Made by a program: the position numbers and the translations under genes. DNA of 64,000 nt from the human T2T-CHM13v2.0 reference genome, Homo sapiens. Positions within the stretch are counted from its first letter, which is position 1. Every line of letters begins with the position of its first letter. Of this stretch, positions 14,201 to 29,200 are shown piece after piece. The notes below the pieces were generated by a model, which was not told the DNA's origin, made no database searches, and saw only the letters and a program-made list of their open reading frames with translations. The stretch lies in the NCBI RefSeq assembly GCF_009914755.1, contig NC_060925.1; one strand, given 5' to 3'.

Positions 14201-17200
14201 GGAAATGAAAGGAGTCATCATCTAATGGAATTGCATGGAATCATCATAAAATGGAATCGAATGGAATCAACATCAAATGGAATCAAATGGAATCATTGAA
14301 CGGAATTGAATGGAATCGTCATCGAATGAATTGACTGCAATCATCGAATGGTCTCGAATGGAATCATCTTCAAATGGAATGGAATGGAATCATCGCATAG
14401 AATCGAATGGAATTATCATCGAATGGAATCGAATGGAATCAACATCAAACGGAAAAAAACGGAATTATCGAATGGAATCGAAGAGAATCATCGAATGGAC
14501 CCGAATGGAATCATCTAATGGAATGGAATGGAATAATCCATGGACTCGAATGCAATCATCATCGAATGGAATCGAATGGAATCATCCAATGGACTCGAAT
14601 GGAATAATCATTGAACGGAATCGAATGGAATCATCATCGGATGGAAATGAATGGAATCATCATTGAATGGAATCGAATAGAATTATGGAATGAAATCCAG
14701 TGTGATCATCATCGAATGGACCCGAATGGAATCATCATCCAACGGAAGCTAATGGAATCAACATCGAATGAATCGAATGGAAACACCATCGAATTGAAAC
14801 GAATGGAATTATCATGAAATTGAAATGGATGGACTCATCATCGAATGGATTCGAATGGAATCATCGAATAAAATTGATTGAAATCATCATCCAATGGAAT
14901 CGAATGGTATCATTGAATGGAATCGAATGGAATCATCATCAGATGGAAATGAATGGAATCGTCATAGAATGGAATCGAATGGATTCATTGAATGGAATCA
15001 GATGGAATCATCGAATGGACTGGAATGGAATCATTGAATGGACTCGAAAGGGATCATTATTGAATGGAATTGAATGGAATCATCGAATGGTCTCGATTGG
15101 AATCATTATCAAATGGAATCGAATGGAATCACCGAATAGAATCGAATGGAACAATCATCGAATGGACTCAAATGGAATTATCCTCCAATGGAATCGAATG
15201 GAATTATCGAATGCAATCGAATGGAATTATCGAATGCAATCGAATAGAATCATCGAATGGACTCGAATGGAATCATCGAATGGAATGGAATGGAACAGTC
15301 AATGAACTCGAATGGAATCATCATTGAATGGAATCGAATGGAATCATCGAGTGGAATCGAATGGAATTATGATCAAATGGAATCGAATGTAATCATCATC
15401 AAATGGAATCAAAAATAACCATCATCAATTGGTATTGAATGGAATTGTCATCAAATGGAATTCAAAGGAATCATCATCAAATGGAACCGAATGGAATCCT
15501 CATTGAATGGAAATGAAAGGGGTCATCATCTAATGGAATCGCATGGAATCATCATCAAATGGAATCGAATGGAATCATCATCAAATGGAATCTAATGGAA
15601 TCATTGAACAGAATTGAATGGAATCGTCATCGAATGAATTGAATGCAATCATCGAATGGTCTCGAATGGAATCATCTTCTAATGGAAAGGAATGGAATCA
15701 TCGCATAGAATCGAATGGAATTATCATCGAATGGAATCGAATGGTATCAACACCAAACGGAAATAAACGGAATTATCGAATGGAATCGAAGAGAATCTTC
15801 GAACGGACCCGAATGGAATCATCTAATGGAATGGAATGGAATAATCCATGGACTCGAATGCAATCATCATCGAATGGAATGGAATGGAATCATGGAATGG
15901 ACTCGAATGGAATAATCATTGAACGGAATCGAATGGAATCATCATCGGATGGAAACGAATGGAATCATCATCGAATGGAAATGAAAGGAGTCATCATCTA
16001 ATGGAATTGCATGGAATCATCATAAAATGGAATCGAATGGAATCAACATCAAATGGAATCAAATGGAATCATTGAACGGAATTGAATGGAATCGTCATCG
16101 AATGAATTGACTGCAATCATCGAATGGTCTCGAATGGAATCATCTTCAAATGGAATGGAATGGAATCATCGCATAGAATCGAATGGAATTATCATCGAAT
16201 GGAATCGAATGGAATCAACATCAAACGGAAAAAAACGGAATTATCGAATGGAATCGAAGAGAATCATCGAATGGACCCGAATGGAATCATCTAATGGAAT
16301 GGAATGGAATAATCCATGGACTCGAATGCAATCATCATCGAATGGAATCGAATGGAATCATCGAATGGACTCGAATGGAATAATCATTGAACGGAATCGA
16401 ATGGAATCATCATCGGATGGAAATGAATGGAATCATCATCGAATGGAATAGAATAGAATTATGGAATGAAATCCAGTGTGATCATCATCGAATGGACCCG
16501 AATGGAATCATCATCCAACGGAAGCTAATGGAATCAACATCGAATGAATCGAATGGAAACACCATCGAATTGAAACGAATGGAATTATCATGAAATTGAA
16601 ATGGATGGACTCATCATCGAATGGATTCGAATGGAATCATCGAATAAAATTGATTGAAATCATCATCGAATGGAATCGAATGGTATCATTGAATGGAATC
16701 GAATGGAATCATCATCAGATGGAAATGAATGGAATCGTCATAGAATGGAATCGAATGGATTCATTGAATGGAATCAGATGGAATCATCGAATGGACTGGA
16801 ATGGAATCATTGAATGGACTCGAAAGGGATCATGATTGAATGGAATTGAATGGAATCATCGAATGGTCTCGATTGGAATCATTATCAAATGGAATCGAAT
16901 GGAATCACCGAACAGAATCGAATGGAACAATCATCGAATGGACTCAAATGGAATTATCCTCCAATGGAATCGAATGGAATTATCGAATGCAATCGAATAG
17001 AAACATCGAATGGACTCGAATGGAATCATCGAATGGAATGGAATGGAACAGTCAATGAACTCGAATGGAGTCATCATTGAATGGAATCGAATGGAATCAT
17101 CGAGTGGAATCGAATGGAATTATGATCAAATGGAATCGAATGTAATCATCATCTAATGGAATCAAAAATAACCATCATCAATTGGTATTGAATGGAATTG

Positions 17201-20200
17201 TCATCAAATGGAATTCAAAGGAATCATCATCAAATGGAACCGAATGGAATCCTCATTGAATGGAAATGAAAGGGGTCATCATCTAATGGAATCGCATGGA
17301 ATCATCATCAAATGGAATCGAATGGAATCATCATCAAATGGAATCTAATGGAATCATTGAACAGAATTGAATGGAATCGTCATCGAATGAATTGAATGCA
17401 ATCATCGAATGGTCTCGAATGGAATCATCTTCTAATGGAAAGGAATGGAATCATCGCATAGAATCGAATGGAATTATCATCGAATGGAATCGAATGGTAT
17501 CAACACCAAACGGAAAAAAACGGAATTATCGAATGGAATCGAAGAGAATCTTCGAACGGACCCGAATGGAATCATCTAATGGAATGGAATGGAATAATCC
17601 ATGGACTCGAATGCAATCATCATCGAATGGAATCGAATGGAATCATCGAATGGACTCGAATGGAATAATCATTGAACGGAATCGAATGGAATCATCATCG
17701 GATGGAAACGAATGGAATCATCATCGAATGGAAATGAAAGGAGTCATCATCTAATGGAATTGCATGGAATCATCATAAAATGGAATCGAATGGAATCAAC
17801 ATCAAATGGAATCAAATGGAATCATTGAACGGAATTGAATGGAATCGTCATCGAATGAATTGACTGCAATCATCGAATGGTCTCGAATGGAATCATCTTC
17901 AAATGGAATGGAATGGAATCATCGCATAGAATCGAATGGAATTATCATCGAATGGAATCGAATGGAATCAACATCAAACGGAAAAAAACAGAATTATCGT
18001 ATGGAATCGAAGAGAATCATCGAATGGACCCGAATGGAATCATCTAATGGAATGGAATGGAATAATCCATGGACTCGAATGCAATCATCATCGAATGGAA
18101 TCGAATGGAATCATCGAATGGACTCGAATGAAATAATCATTGAACGGAATCGAATGGAATCATCATCGGATGGAAATGAATGGAATCATCATCGAATGGA
18201 ATCGAATAGAATTATGGAATGAAATCCAGTGTGATCATCATCGAATGGACCCGAATGGAATCATCATCCAACGGAAGCTAATGGAATCAACATCGAATGA
18301 ATCGAATGGAAACACCATCGAATTGAAACGAATGGAATTATCATGAAATTGAAACGGATGGACACATCATCGAATGGATTCGAATGGAATCATCGAATAA
18401 AATTGATTGAAATCATCATCAAATGGAATCGAATGGTATCATTGAATGGAATCGAATGGAATCATCATCAGATGGAAATGAATGGAATCGTCATAGAATG
18501 GAATCGAATGGATTCATTGAATGGAATCAGATGGAATCATCGAATGGACTGGAATGGAATCATTGAATGGACTCGAAAGGGATCATGATTGAATGGAATT
18601 GAATGGAATCATCGAATGGTCTCGATTGGAATCATTATCAAATGGAATCGAATGGAATCACCGAATAGAATCGAATGGAACAATCATCGAATGGACTCAA
18701 ATGGAATTATCCTCCAATGGAATCGAATGGAATTATCGAATGCAATCGAATGGAATTATCGAATGCAATCGAATAGAATCATCGAATGGACTCGAATGGA
18801 ATCATCGAATGGAATGGAATGGAACAGTCAATGAACTCGAATGGAATCATCATTGAATGGAATCGAATGGAATCATCGAGTGGAATCGAATGGAATTATG
18901 ATCAAATGGAATCGAATGTAATCATCATCAGATGGAATCAAAAATAACCATCATCAATTGGTATTGAATGGAATTGTCATCAAATGGAATTCAAAGGAAT
19001 CATCATCAAATGGAACCGAATGGAATCCTCATTGAATGGAAATGAAAGGGGTCATCATCTAATGGAATCGCATGGAATCATCATCAAATGGAATCGAATG
19101 GAATCATCATCAAATGGAATCTAATGGAATCATTTAACAGAATTGAATGGAATCTTCATCGAATGAATTGAATGCAATCATCGAATGGTCTCGAATGGAA
19201 TCATCTTCTAATGGAAAGGAATGGAATCATCGCATAGAATCGAATGGAATTATCATCGAATGGAATCGAATGGTATCAACACCAAACGGAAAAAAACGGA
19301 ATTATCGAATGGAATCGAAGAGAATCTTCGAACGGACCCGAATGGAATCATCTAATGGAATGGAATGGAATAATCCATGGACTCGAATGCAATCATCATC
19401 GAATGGAATCGAATGGAATCATCGAATGGACTCGAATGGAATAATCATTGAACGGAATCGAATGGAATCATCATCGGATGGAAACGAATGGAATCATCAT
19501 CGAATGGAAATGAAAGGAGTCATCATCTAATGGAATTGCATGGAATCATCATAAAATGGAATCGAATGGAATCAACATCAAATGGAATCAAATGGAATCA
19601 TTGAACGGAATTGAATGGAATCGTCATCGAATGAATTGACTGCAATCATCGAATGGTCTCGAATGGAATCATCTTCAAATGGAATGGAATGGAATCATCG
19701 CATAGAATCGAATGGAATTATCATCGAATGGAATCGAATGGAATCAACATCAAACGGAAAAAAACGGAATTATCGAATGGAATCGAAGAGAATCATCGAA
19801 TGGACCCGAATGGAATCATCTAATGGAATGGAATGGAATAATCCATGGACTCGAATGCAATCATCATCGAATGGAATCGAATGGAATCATCGAATGGACT
19901 CGAATGGAATAATCATTGAACGGAATCGAATGGAATCATCATCGGATGGAAATGAATGGAATCATCATCGAATGGAATAGAATAGAATTATGGAATGAAA
20001 TCCAGTGTGATCATCATCGAATGGACCCGAATGGAATCATCATCCAACGGAAGCTAATGGAATCAACATCGAATGAATCGAATGGAAACACCATCGAATT
20101 GAAACGAATGGAATTATCATGAAATTGAAATGGATGGACTCATCATCGAATGGATTCGAATGGAATCATCGAATAAAATTGATTGAAATCATCATCGAAT

Positions 20201-23200
20201 GGAATCGAATGGTATCATTGAATGGAATCGAATGGAATCATCATCAGATGTAAATGAATGGAATCGTCATAGAATGGAATCGAATGGATTCATTGAATGG
20301 AATCAGATGGAATCATCGAATGGACTGGAATGGAATCATTGAATGGACTCGAAAGGGATCATTATTGAATGGAATTGAATGGAATCATCGAATGGTCTCA
20401 ATTGGAATCATTATCAAATGGAATCGAATGGAATCACCGAATAGAATCGAATGGAACAATCATCGAATGGACTCAAATGGAATTATCCTCAAATGGAATC
20501 GAATGGAATTATCAAATGCAATCGAATGGAATTATCGAATGCAATCGAATAGAATCATCGAAAGGACTCGAATGGAATCATCGAATGGAATGGAATGGAA
20601 CAGTCAATGAACTCGAATGGAATCATCATTGAATGGAATCGAATGGAATCATCGAGTGGAATCGAATGGAATTATGAGCAAATGGAATCGAATGTAATCA
20701 TCATCAAATGGAATCAAAAATAACCATCATCAATTGGTATTCAATGGAAATGTCATCAAATGGAATTCAAAGGAATCATCATCAAATGGAACCGAATGGA
20801 ATCCTGATTGAATGGAAATGAAAGGGGTCATCATCTGATGGAATCGCATGGAATCATCATCAAATGGAATCGAATGGAATCATCATCAAATGGAATCTAA
20901 TGGAATCATTGAACAGAATTGAATGGAATCGTCATCGAATGAATTGAATGCAATCATCGAATGGTCTCGAATGGAATCATCTTCTAATGGAAAGGAATGG
21001 AATCATCGCATAGAATCGAATGGAATTATCATCGAATGGAATCGAATGGTATCAACACCAAACGGAAAAAAAAGGAATTATCAAATGGAATCGAAGAGAA
21101 TCTTCGAACGGACCCGAATGGAATCATCTAATGGAATGGAATGGAATAATCCATGGACTCGAATGCAATCATCATCGAATGGAATGGAATGGAATCATCG
21201 AATCGACTCGAATGGAATAATCATTGAACGGAATCGAATGGAATCATCATCGGATGGAAACGAATGGAATCATCATCGAATGGAAATGAAAGGAGTCATC
21301 ATCTAATGGAATTGCATGGAATCATCATAAAATGGAATCGAATGGAATCAACATCAAATGGAATCAAATGGAATCATTGAACGGAATTGAATGGAATCGT
21401 CATCGAATGAATTGACTGCAATCATCGAATGGTCTCGAATGGAATCATCTTCAAATGGAATGGAATGGAATCATCGCATAGAATCGAATGGAATTATCAT
21501 CGAATGGAATCGAATGGAATCAACATCAAACGGAAAAAAACGGAATTATCGAATGGAATCGAAGAGAATCATCGAATGGACCCGAATGGAATCATCTAAT
21601 GGAATGGAATGGAATAATCCATGGACTCGAATGCAATCATCATCGAATGGAATCGAATGGAATCATCCAATGGACTCGAATGGAATAATCATTGAACGGA
21701 ATCGAATGGAATCATCATCGGATGGAAATGAATGGAATCATCATCGAATGGAATCGAATAGAATTATGGAATGAAATCCAGTGTGATCATCATCGAATGG
21801 ACCCGAATGGAATCATCATCCAACGGAAGCTAATGGAATCAACATCGAATGAATCGAATGGAAACACCATCGAATTGAAACGAATGGAATTATCATGAAA
21901 TTGAAATGGATGGACTCATCATCGAATGGATTCGAATGGAATCATCGAATAAAATTGATTGAAATCATCATCCAATGGAATCGAATGGTATCATTGAATG
22001 GAATCGAATGGAATCATCATCAGATGGAAATGAATGGAATCGTCATAGAATGGAATCGAATGGATTCATTGAATGGAATCAGATGGAATCATCGAATGGA
22101 CTGGAATGGAATCATTGAATGGACTCGAAAGGGATCATGATTGAATGGAATTGAATGGAATCATCGAATGGTCTCGATTGGAATCATTATCAAATGGAAT
22201 CGAATGGAATCACCGAATAGAATCGAATGGAACAATCATCGAATGGACTCAAATGGAATTATCCTCCAATGGAATCGAATGGAATTATCGAATGCAATCG
22301 AATGGAATTATCGAATGCAATCGAATAGAATCATCGAATGGACTCGAATGGAATCATCGAATGGAATGGAATGGAACAGTCAATGAACTCGAATGGAATC
22401 ATCATTGAATGGAATCGAATGGAATCATCGAGTGGAATCGAATGGAATTATGATCAAATGGAATCGAATGTAATCATCATCAAATGGAATCAAAAATAAC
22501 CATCATCAATTGGTATTGAATGGAATTGTCATCAAATGGAATTCAAAGGAATCATCATCAAATGGAACCGAATGGAATCCTCATTGAATGGAAATGAAAG
22601 GGGTCATCATCTAATGGAATCGCATGGAATCATCATCAAATGGAATCGAATGGAATCATCATCAAATGGAATCTAATGGAATCATTGAACAGAATTGAAT
22701 GGAATCGTCATCGAATGAATTGAATGCAATCATCGAATGGTCTCGAATGGAATCATCTTCTAATGGAAAGGAATGGAATCATCGCATAGAATCGAATGGA
22801 ATTATCATCGAATGGAATCGAATGGTATCAACACCAAACGGAAATAAACGGAATTATCGAATGGAATCGAAGAGAATCTTCGAACGGACCCGAATGGAAT
22901 CATCTAATGGAATGGAATGGAATAATCCATGGACTCGAATGCAATCATCATCGAATGGAATGGAATGGAATCATGGAATGGACTCGAATGGAATAATCAT
23001 TGAACGGAATCGAATGGAATCATCATCGGATGGAAACGAATGGAATCATCATCGAATGGAAATGAAAGGAGTCATCATCTAATGGAATTGCATGGAATCA
23101 TCATAAAATGGAATCGAATGGAATCAACATCAAATGGAATCAAATGGAATCATTGAACGGAATTGAATGGAATCGTCATCGAATGAATTGACTGCAATCA

Positions 23201-26200
23201 TCGAATGGTCTCGAATGGAATCATCTTCAAATGGAATGGAATGGAATCATCGCATAGAATCGAATGGAATTATCATCGAATGGAATCGAATGGAATCAAC
23301 ATCAAACGGAAAAAAACGGAATTATCGAATGGAATCGAAGAGAATCATCGAATGGACCCGAATGGAATCATCTAATGGAATGGAATGGAATAATCCATGG
23401 ACTCGAATGCAATCATCATCGAATGGAATCGAATGGAATCATCGAATGGACTCGAATGGAATAATCATTGAACGGAATCGAATGGAATCATCATCGGATG
23501 GAAATGAATGGAATCATCATCGAATGGAATCGAATAGAATTATGGAATGAAATCCAGTGTGATCATCATCGAATGGACCCGAATGGAATCATCATCCAAC
23601 GGAAGCTAATGGAATCAACATCGAATGAATCGAATGGAAACACCATCGAATTGAAACGAATGGAATTATCATGAAATTGAAATGGATGGACTCATCATCG
23701 AATGGATTCGAATGGAATCATCGAATAAAATTGATTGAAATCATCATCGAATGGAATCGAATGGTATCATTGAATGGAATCGAATGGAATCATCATCAGA
23801 TGGAAATGAATGGAATCGTCATTTAATGGAATCGAATGGATTCATTGAATGGAATCAGATGGAATCATCGAATGGACTGGAATGGAATCATTGAATGGAC
23901 TCGAAAGGGATCATGATTGAATGGAATTGAATGGAATCATCGAATGGTCTCGATTGGAATCATTATCAAATGGAATCGAATGGAATCACCGAACAGAATC
24001 GAATGGAACAATCATCGAATGGACTCAAATGGAATTATCCTCCAATGGAATCGAATGGAATTATCGAATGCAATCGAATGGAATTATCGAATGCAATCGA
24101 ATAGAAACATCGAATGGACTCGAATGGAATCATCGAATGGAATGGAATGGAACAGTCAATGAACTCGAATGGAGTCATCATTGAATGGAATCGAATGGAA
24201 TCATCGAGTGGAATCGAATGGAATTATGATCAAATGGAATCGAATGTAATCATCATCTAATGGAATCAAAAATAACCATCATCAATTGGTATTGAATGGA
24301 ATTGTCATCAAATGGAATTCAAAGGAATCATCATCAAATGGAACCGAATGGAATCCTCATTGAATGGAAATGAAAGGGGTCATCATCTAATGGAATCGCA
24401 TGGAATCATCATCAAATGGAATCGAATGGAATCATCATCAAATGGAATCTAATGGAATCATTGAACAGAATTGAATGGAATCGTCATCGAATGAATTGAA
24501 TGCAATCATCGAATGGTCTCGAATGGAATCATCTTCTAATGGAAAGGAATGGAATCATCGCATAGAATCGAATGGAATTATCATCGAATGGAATCGAATG
24601 GTATCAACACCAAACGGAAAAAAACGGAATTATCGAATGGAATCGAAGAGAATCTTCGAACGGACCCGAATGGAATCATCTAATGGAATGGAATGGAATA
24701 ATCCATGGACTCGAATGCAATCATCATCGAATGGAATCGAATGGAATCATCGAATGGACTCGAATGGAATAATCATTGAACGGAATCGAATGGAATCATC
24801 ATCGGATGGAAACGAATGGAATCATCATCGAATGGAAATGAAAGGAGTCATCATCTAATGGAATTGCATGGAATCATCATCAAATGGAATCGAATGGAAT
24901 CAACATCAAATGGAATCAAATGGAATCATTGAACGGAATTGAATGGAATCGTCATCGAATGAATTGACTGCAATCATCGAATGGTCTCGAATGGAATCAT
25001 CTTCAAATGGAATGGAATGGAATCATCGCATAGAATCGAATGGAATTATCATCGAATGGAATCGAATGGAATCAACATCAAACGGAAAAAAACAGAATTA
25101 TCGTATGGAATCTAAGAGAATCATCGAATGGACCCGAATGGAATCATCTAATGGAATGGAATGGAATAATCCATGGACTCGAATGCAATCATCATCGAAT
25201 GGAATCGAATGGAATCATCGAATGGACTCGAATGGAATAATCATTGAACGGAATCGAATGGAATCATCATCGGATGGAAATGAATGGAATCATCATCGAA
25301 TGGAATCGAATAGAATTATGGAATGAAATCCAGTGTGATCATCATCGAATGGACCCGAATGGAATCATCATCCAACGGAAGCTAATGGAATCAACATCGA
25401 ATGAATCGAATGGAAACACCATCGAATTGAAACGAATGGAATTATCATGAAATTGAAATGGATGGACTCATCATCGAATGGATTCGAATGGAATCATCGA
25501 ATAAAATTGATTGAAATCATCATCCAATGGAATCGAATGGTATCATTGAATGGAATCGAATGGAATCATCATCAGATGGAAATGAATGGAATCGTCATAG
25601 AATGGAATCGAATGGATTCATTGAATGGAATCAGATGGAATCATCGAATGGACTGGAATGGAATCATTGAATGGACTCGAAAGGGATCATTATTGAATGG
25701 AATTGAATGGAATCATCGAATGGTCTCGATTGGAATCATTACCAAATGGAATCGAATGGAATCACCGAATAGAATCGAATGGAACAATCATCGAATGGAC
25801 TCAAATGGAATTATCCTCAAATGGAATCGAATGGAATTATCGAATGCAATCGAATGGAATTATCGAATGCAATCGAATAGAATCATCGAAAGGACTCGAA
25901 TGGAATCATCGAATGGAATGGAATGGAACAGTCAATGAACTCGAATGGAATCATCATTGAATGGAATCGAATGGAATCATCGAGTGGAATCGAATGGAAT
26001 TATGATCAAATGGAATCGAATGTAATCATCATCAAATGGAATCAAAAATAACCATCATCAATTGGTATTGAATGGAATTGTCATCAAATGGAATTCAAAG
26101 GAATCATCATCAAATGGAACCGAATGGAATCCTCATTGAATGGAAATGAAAGGGGTCATCATCTAATGGAATCGCATGGAATCATCATCAAATGGAATCG

Positions 26201-29200
26201 AATGGAATCATCATCAAATGGAATCTAATGGAATCATTGAACAGAATTGAATGGAATCGTCATCGAATGAATTGAATGCAATCATCGAATGGTCTCGAAT
26301 GGAATCATCTTCTAATGGAAAGGAATGGAATCATCGCATAGAATCGAATGGAATTATCATCGAATGGAATCGAATGGTATCAACACCAAACGGAAAAAAA
26401 CGGAATTATCGAATGGAATCGAAGAGAATCTTCGAACGGACCCGAATGGAATCATCTAATGGAATGGAATGGAATAATCCATGGACTCGAATGCAATCAT
26501 CATCGAATGGAATCGAATGGAATCATCGAATGGACTCGAATGGAATAATCATTGAACGGAATCGAATGGAATCATCATCGGATGGAAACGAATGGAATCA
26601 TCATCGAATGGAAATGAAAGGAGTCATCATCTAATGGAATTGCATGGAATCATCATAAAATGGAATCGAATGGAATCAACATCAAATGGAATCAAATGGA
26701 ATCATTGAACGGAATTGAATGGAATCGTCATCGAATGAATTGACTGCAATCATCGAATGGTCTCGAATGGAATCATCTTCAAATGGAATGGAATGGAATC
26801 ATCGCATAGAATCGAATGGAATTATCATCGAATGGAATCGAATGGAATCAACATCAAACGGAAAAAAACAGAATTATCGTATGGAATCGAAGAGAATCAT
26901 CGAAGGGACCCGAATGGAATCATCTAATGGAATGGAATGGAATAATCCATGGACTCGAATGCAATCATCATCGAATGGAATCGAATGGAATCATCGAATG
27001 GACTCGAATGGAATAATCATTGAACGGAATCGAATGGAATCATCATCGGATGGAAATGAATGGAATCATCATCGAATGGAATCGAATAGAATTATGGAAT
27101 GAAATCCAGTGTGATCATCATCGAATGGACCCGAATGGAATCATCATCTAACGGAAGCTAATGGAATCAACATCGAATGAATCGAATGGAAACACCATCG
27201 AATTGAAACGAATGGAATTATCATGAAATTGAAATGGATGGACTCATCATCGAATGGATTCGAATGGAATCATCGAATAAAATTGATTGAAATCATCATC
27301 GAATGGAATCGAATGGTATCATTGAATGGAATCGAATGGAATCATCATCAGATGGAAATGAATGGAATCGTCATAAAATGGAATCGAAGGGATTCATTGA
27401 ATGGAATCAGATGGAATCATCGAATGGACTGGAATGGAATCATTGAATGGACTCGAAAGGGATCATTATTGAATGGAATTGAATGGAATCATCGAATGGT
27501 CTCGATTGGAATCATTATCAAATGGAATCGAATGGAATCACCGAACAGAATCGAATGGAACAATCATCGAATGGACTCAAATGGAATTATCCTCCAATGG
27601 AATCGAATGGAATTATCGAATGCAATCGAATGGAATTATCGAATGCAATCGAATAGAATCATCGAATGGACTCGAATGGAATCATCGAATGGAATGGAAT
27701 GGAACAGTCAATGAACTCGAATGGAATCATCATTGAATGGAATCGAATGGAATCATCGAGTGGAATCGAATGGAATTATGATCAAATGGAATCGAATGTA
27801 ATCATCATCAAATGGAATCAAAAATAACCATCATCAATTGGTATTGAATGGAATTGTCATCAAATGGAATTCAAAGGAATCATCATCAAATGGAACCGAA
27901 TGGAATCCTCATTGAATGGAAATGAAAGGGGTCATCATCTAATGGAATCGCATGGAATCATCATCAAATGGAATCGAATGGAATCATCATCAAATGGAAT
28001 CTAATGGAATCATTGAACAGAATTGAATGGAATCGTCATCGAATGAATTGAATGCAATCATCGAATGGTCTCGAATGGAATCATCTTCTAATGGAAAGGA
28101 ATGGAATCATCGCATAGAATCGAATGGAATTATCATCGAATGGAATCGAATGGTATCAACACCAAACGGAAAAAAACGGAATTATCGAATGGAATCGAAG
28201 AGAATCTTCGAACGGACCCGAATGGAATCATCTAATGGAATGGAATGGAATAATCCATGGACTCGAATGCAATCATCATCGAATGGAATCGAATGGAATC
28301 ATCGAATGGACTCGAATGGAATAATCATTGAACGGAATCGAATGGAATCATCATCGGATGGAAACGAATGGAATCATCATCGAATGGAAATGAAAGGAGT
28401 CATCATCTAATGGAATTGCATGGAATCATCATAAAATGGAATCGAATGGAATCAACATCAAATGGAATCAAATGGAATCATTGAACGGAATTGAATGGAA
28501 TCGTCATCGAATGAATTGACTGCAATCATCGAATGGTCTCGAATGGAATCATCTTCAAATGGAATGGAATGGAATCATCGCATAGAATCGAATGGAATTA
28601 TCATCGAATGGAATCGAATGGAATCAACATCAAACGGAAAAAAACAGAATTATCGTATGGAATCGAAGAGAATCATCGAAGGGACCCGAATGGAATCATC
28701 TAATGGAATGGAATGGAATAATCCGTGGACTCGAATGCAATCATCATCGAATGGAATCGAATGGAATCATCGAATGGACTCGAATGGAATAATCATTGAA
28801 CGGAATCGAATGGAATCATCATCGGATGGAAATGAATGGAATCATCATCGAATGGAATCGAATAGAATTATGGAATGAAATCCAGTGTGATCATCATCGA
28901 ATGGACCCGAATGGAATCATCATCCAACGGAAGCTAATGGAATCAACATCGAATGAATCGAATGGAAACACCATCGAATTGAAACGAATGGAATTATCAT
29001 GAAATTGAAATGGATGGACTCATCATCGAATGGATTCGAATGGAATCATCGAATAAAATTGATTGAAATCATCATCGAATGGATTCGAATGGTATCATTG
29101 AATGGAATCGAATGGAATCATCATCAGATGGAAATGAATGGAATCGTCATAGAATGGAATCGAATGGATTCATTGAATGGAATCAGATGGAATCATCGAA

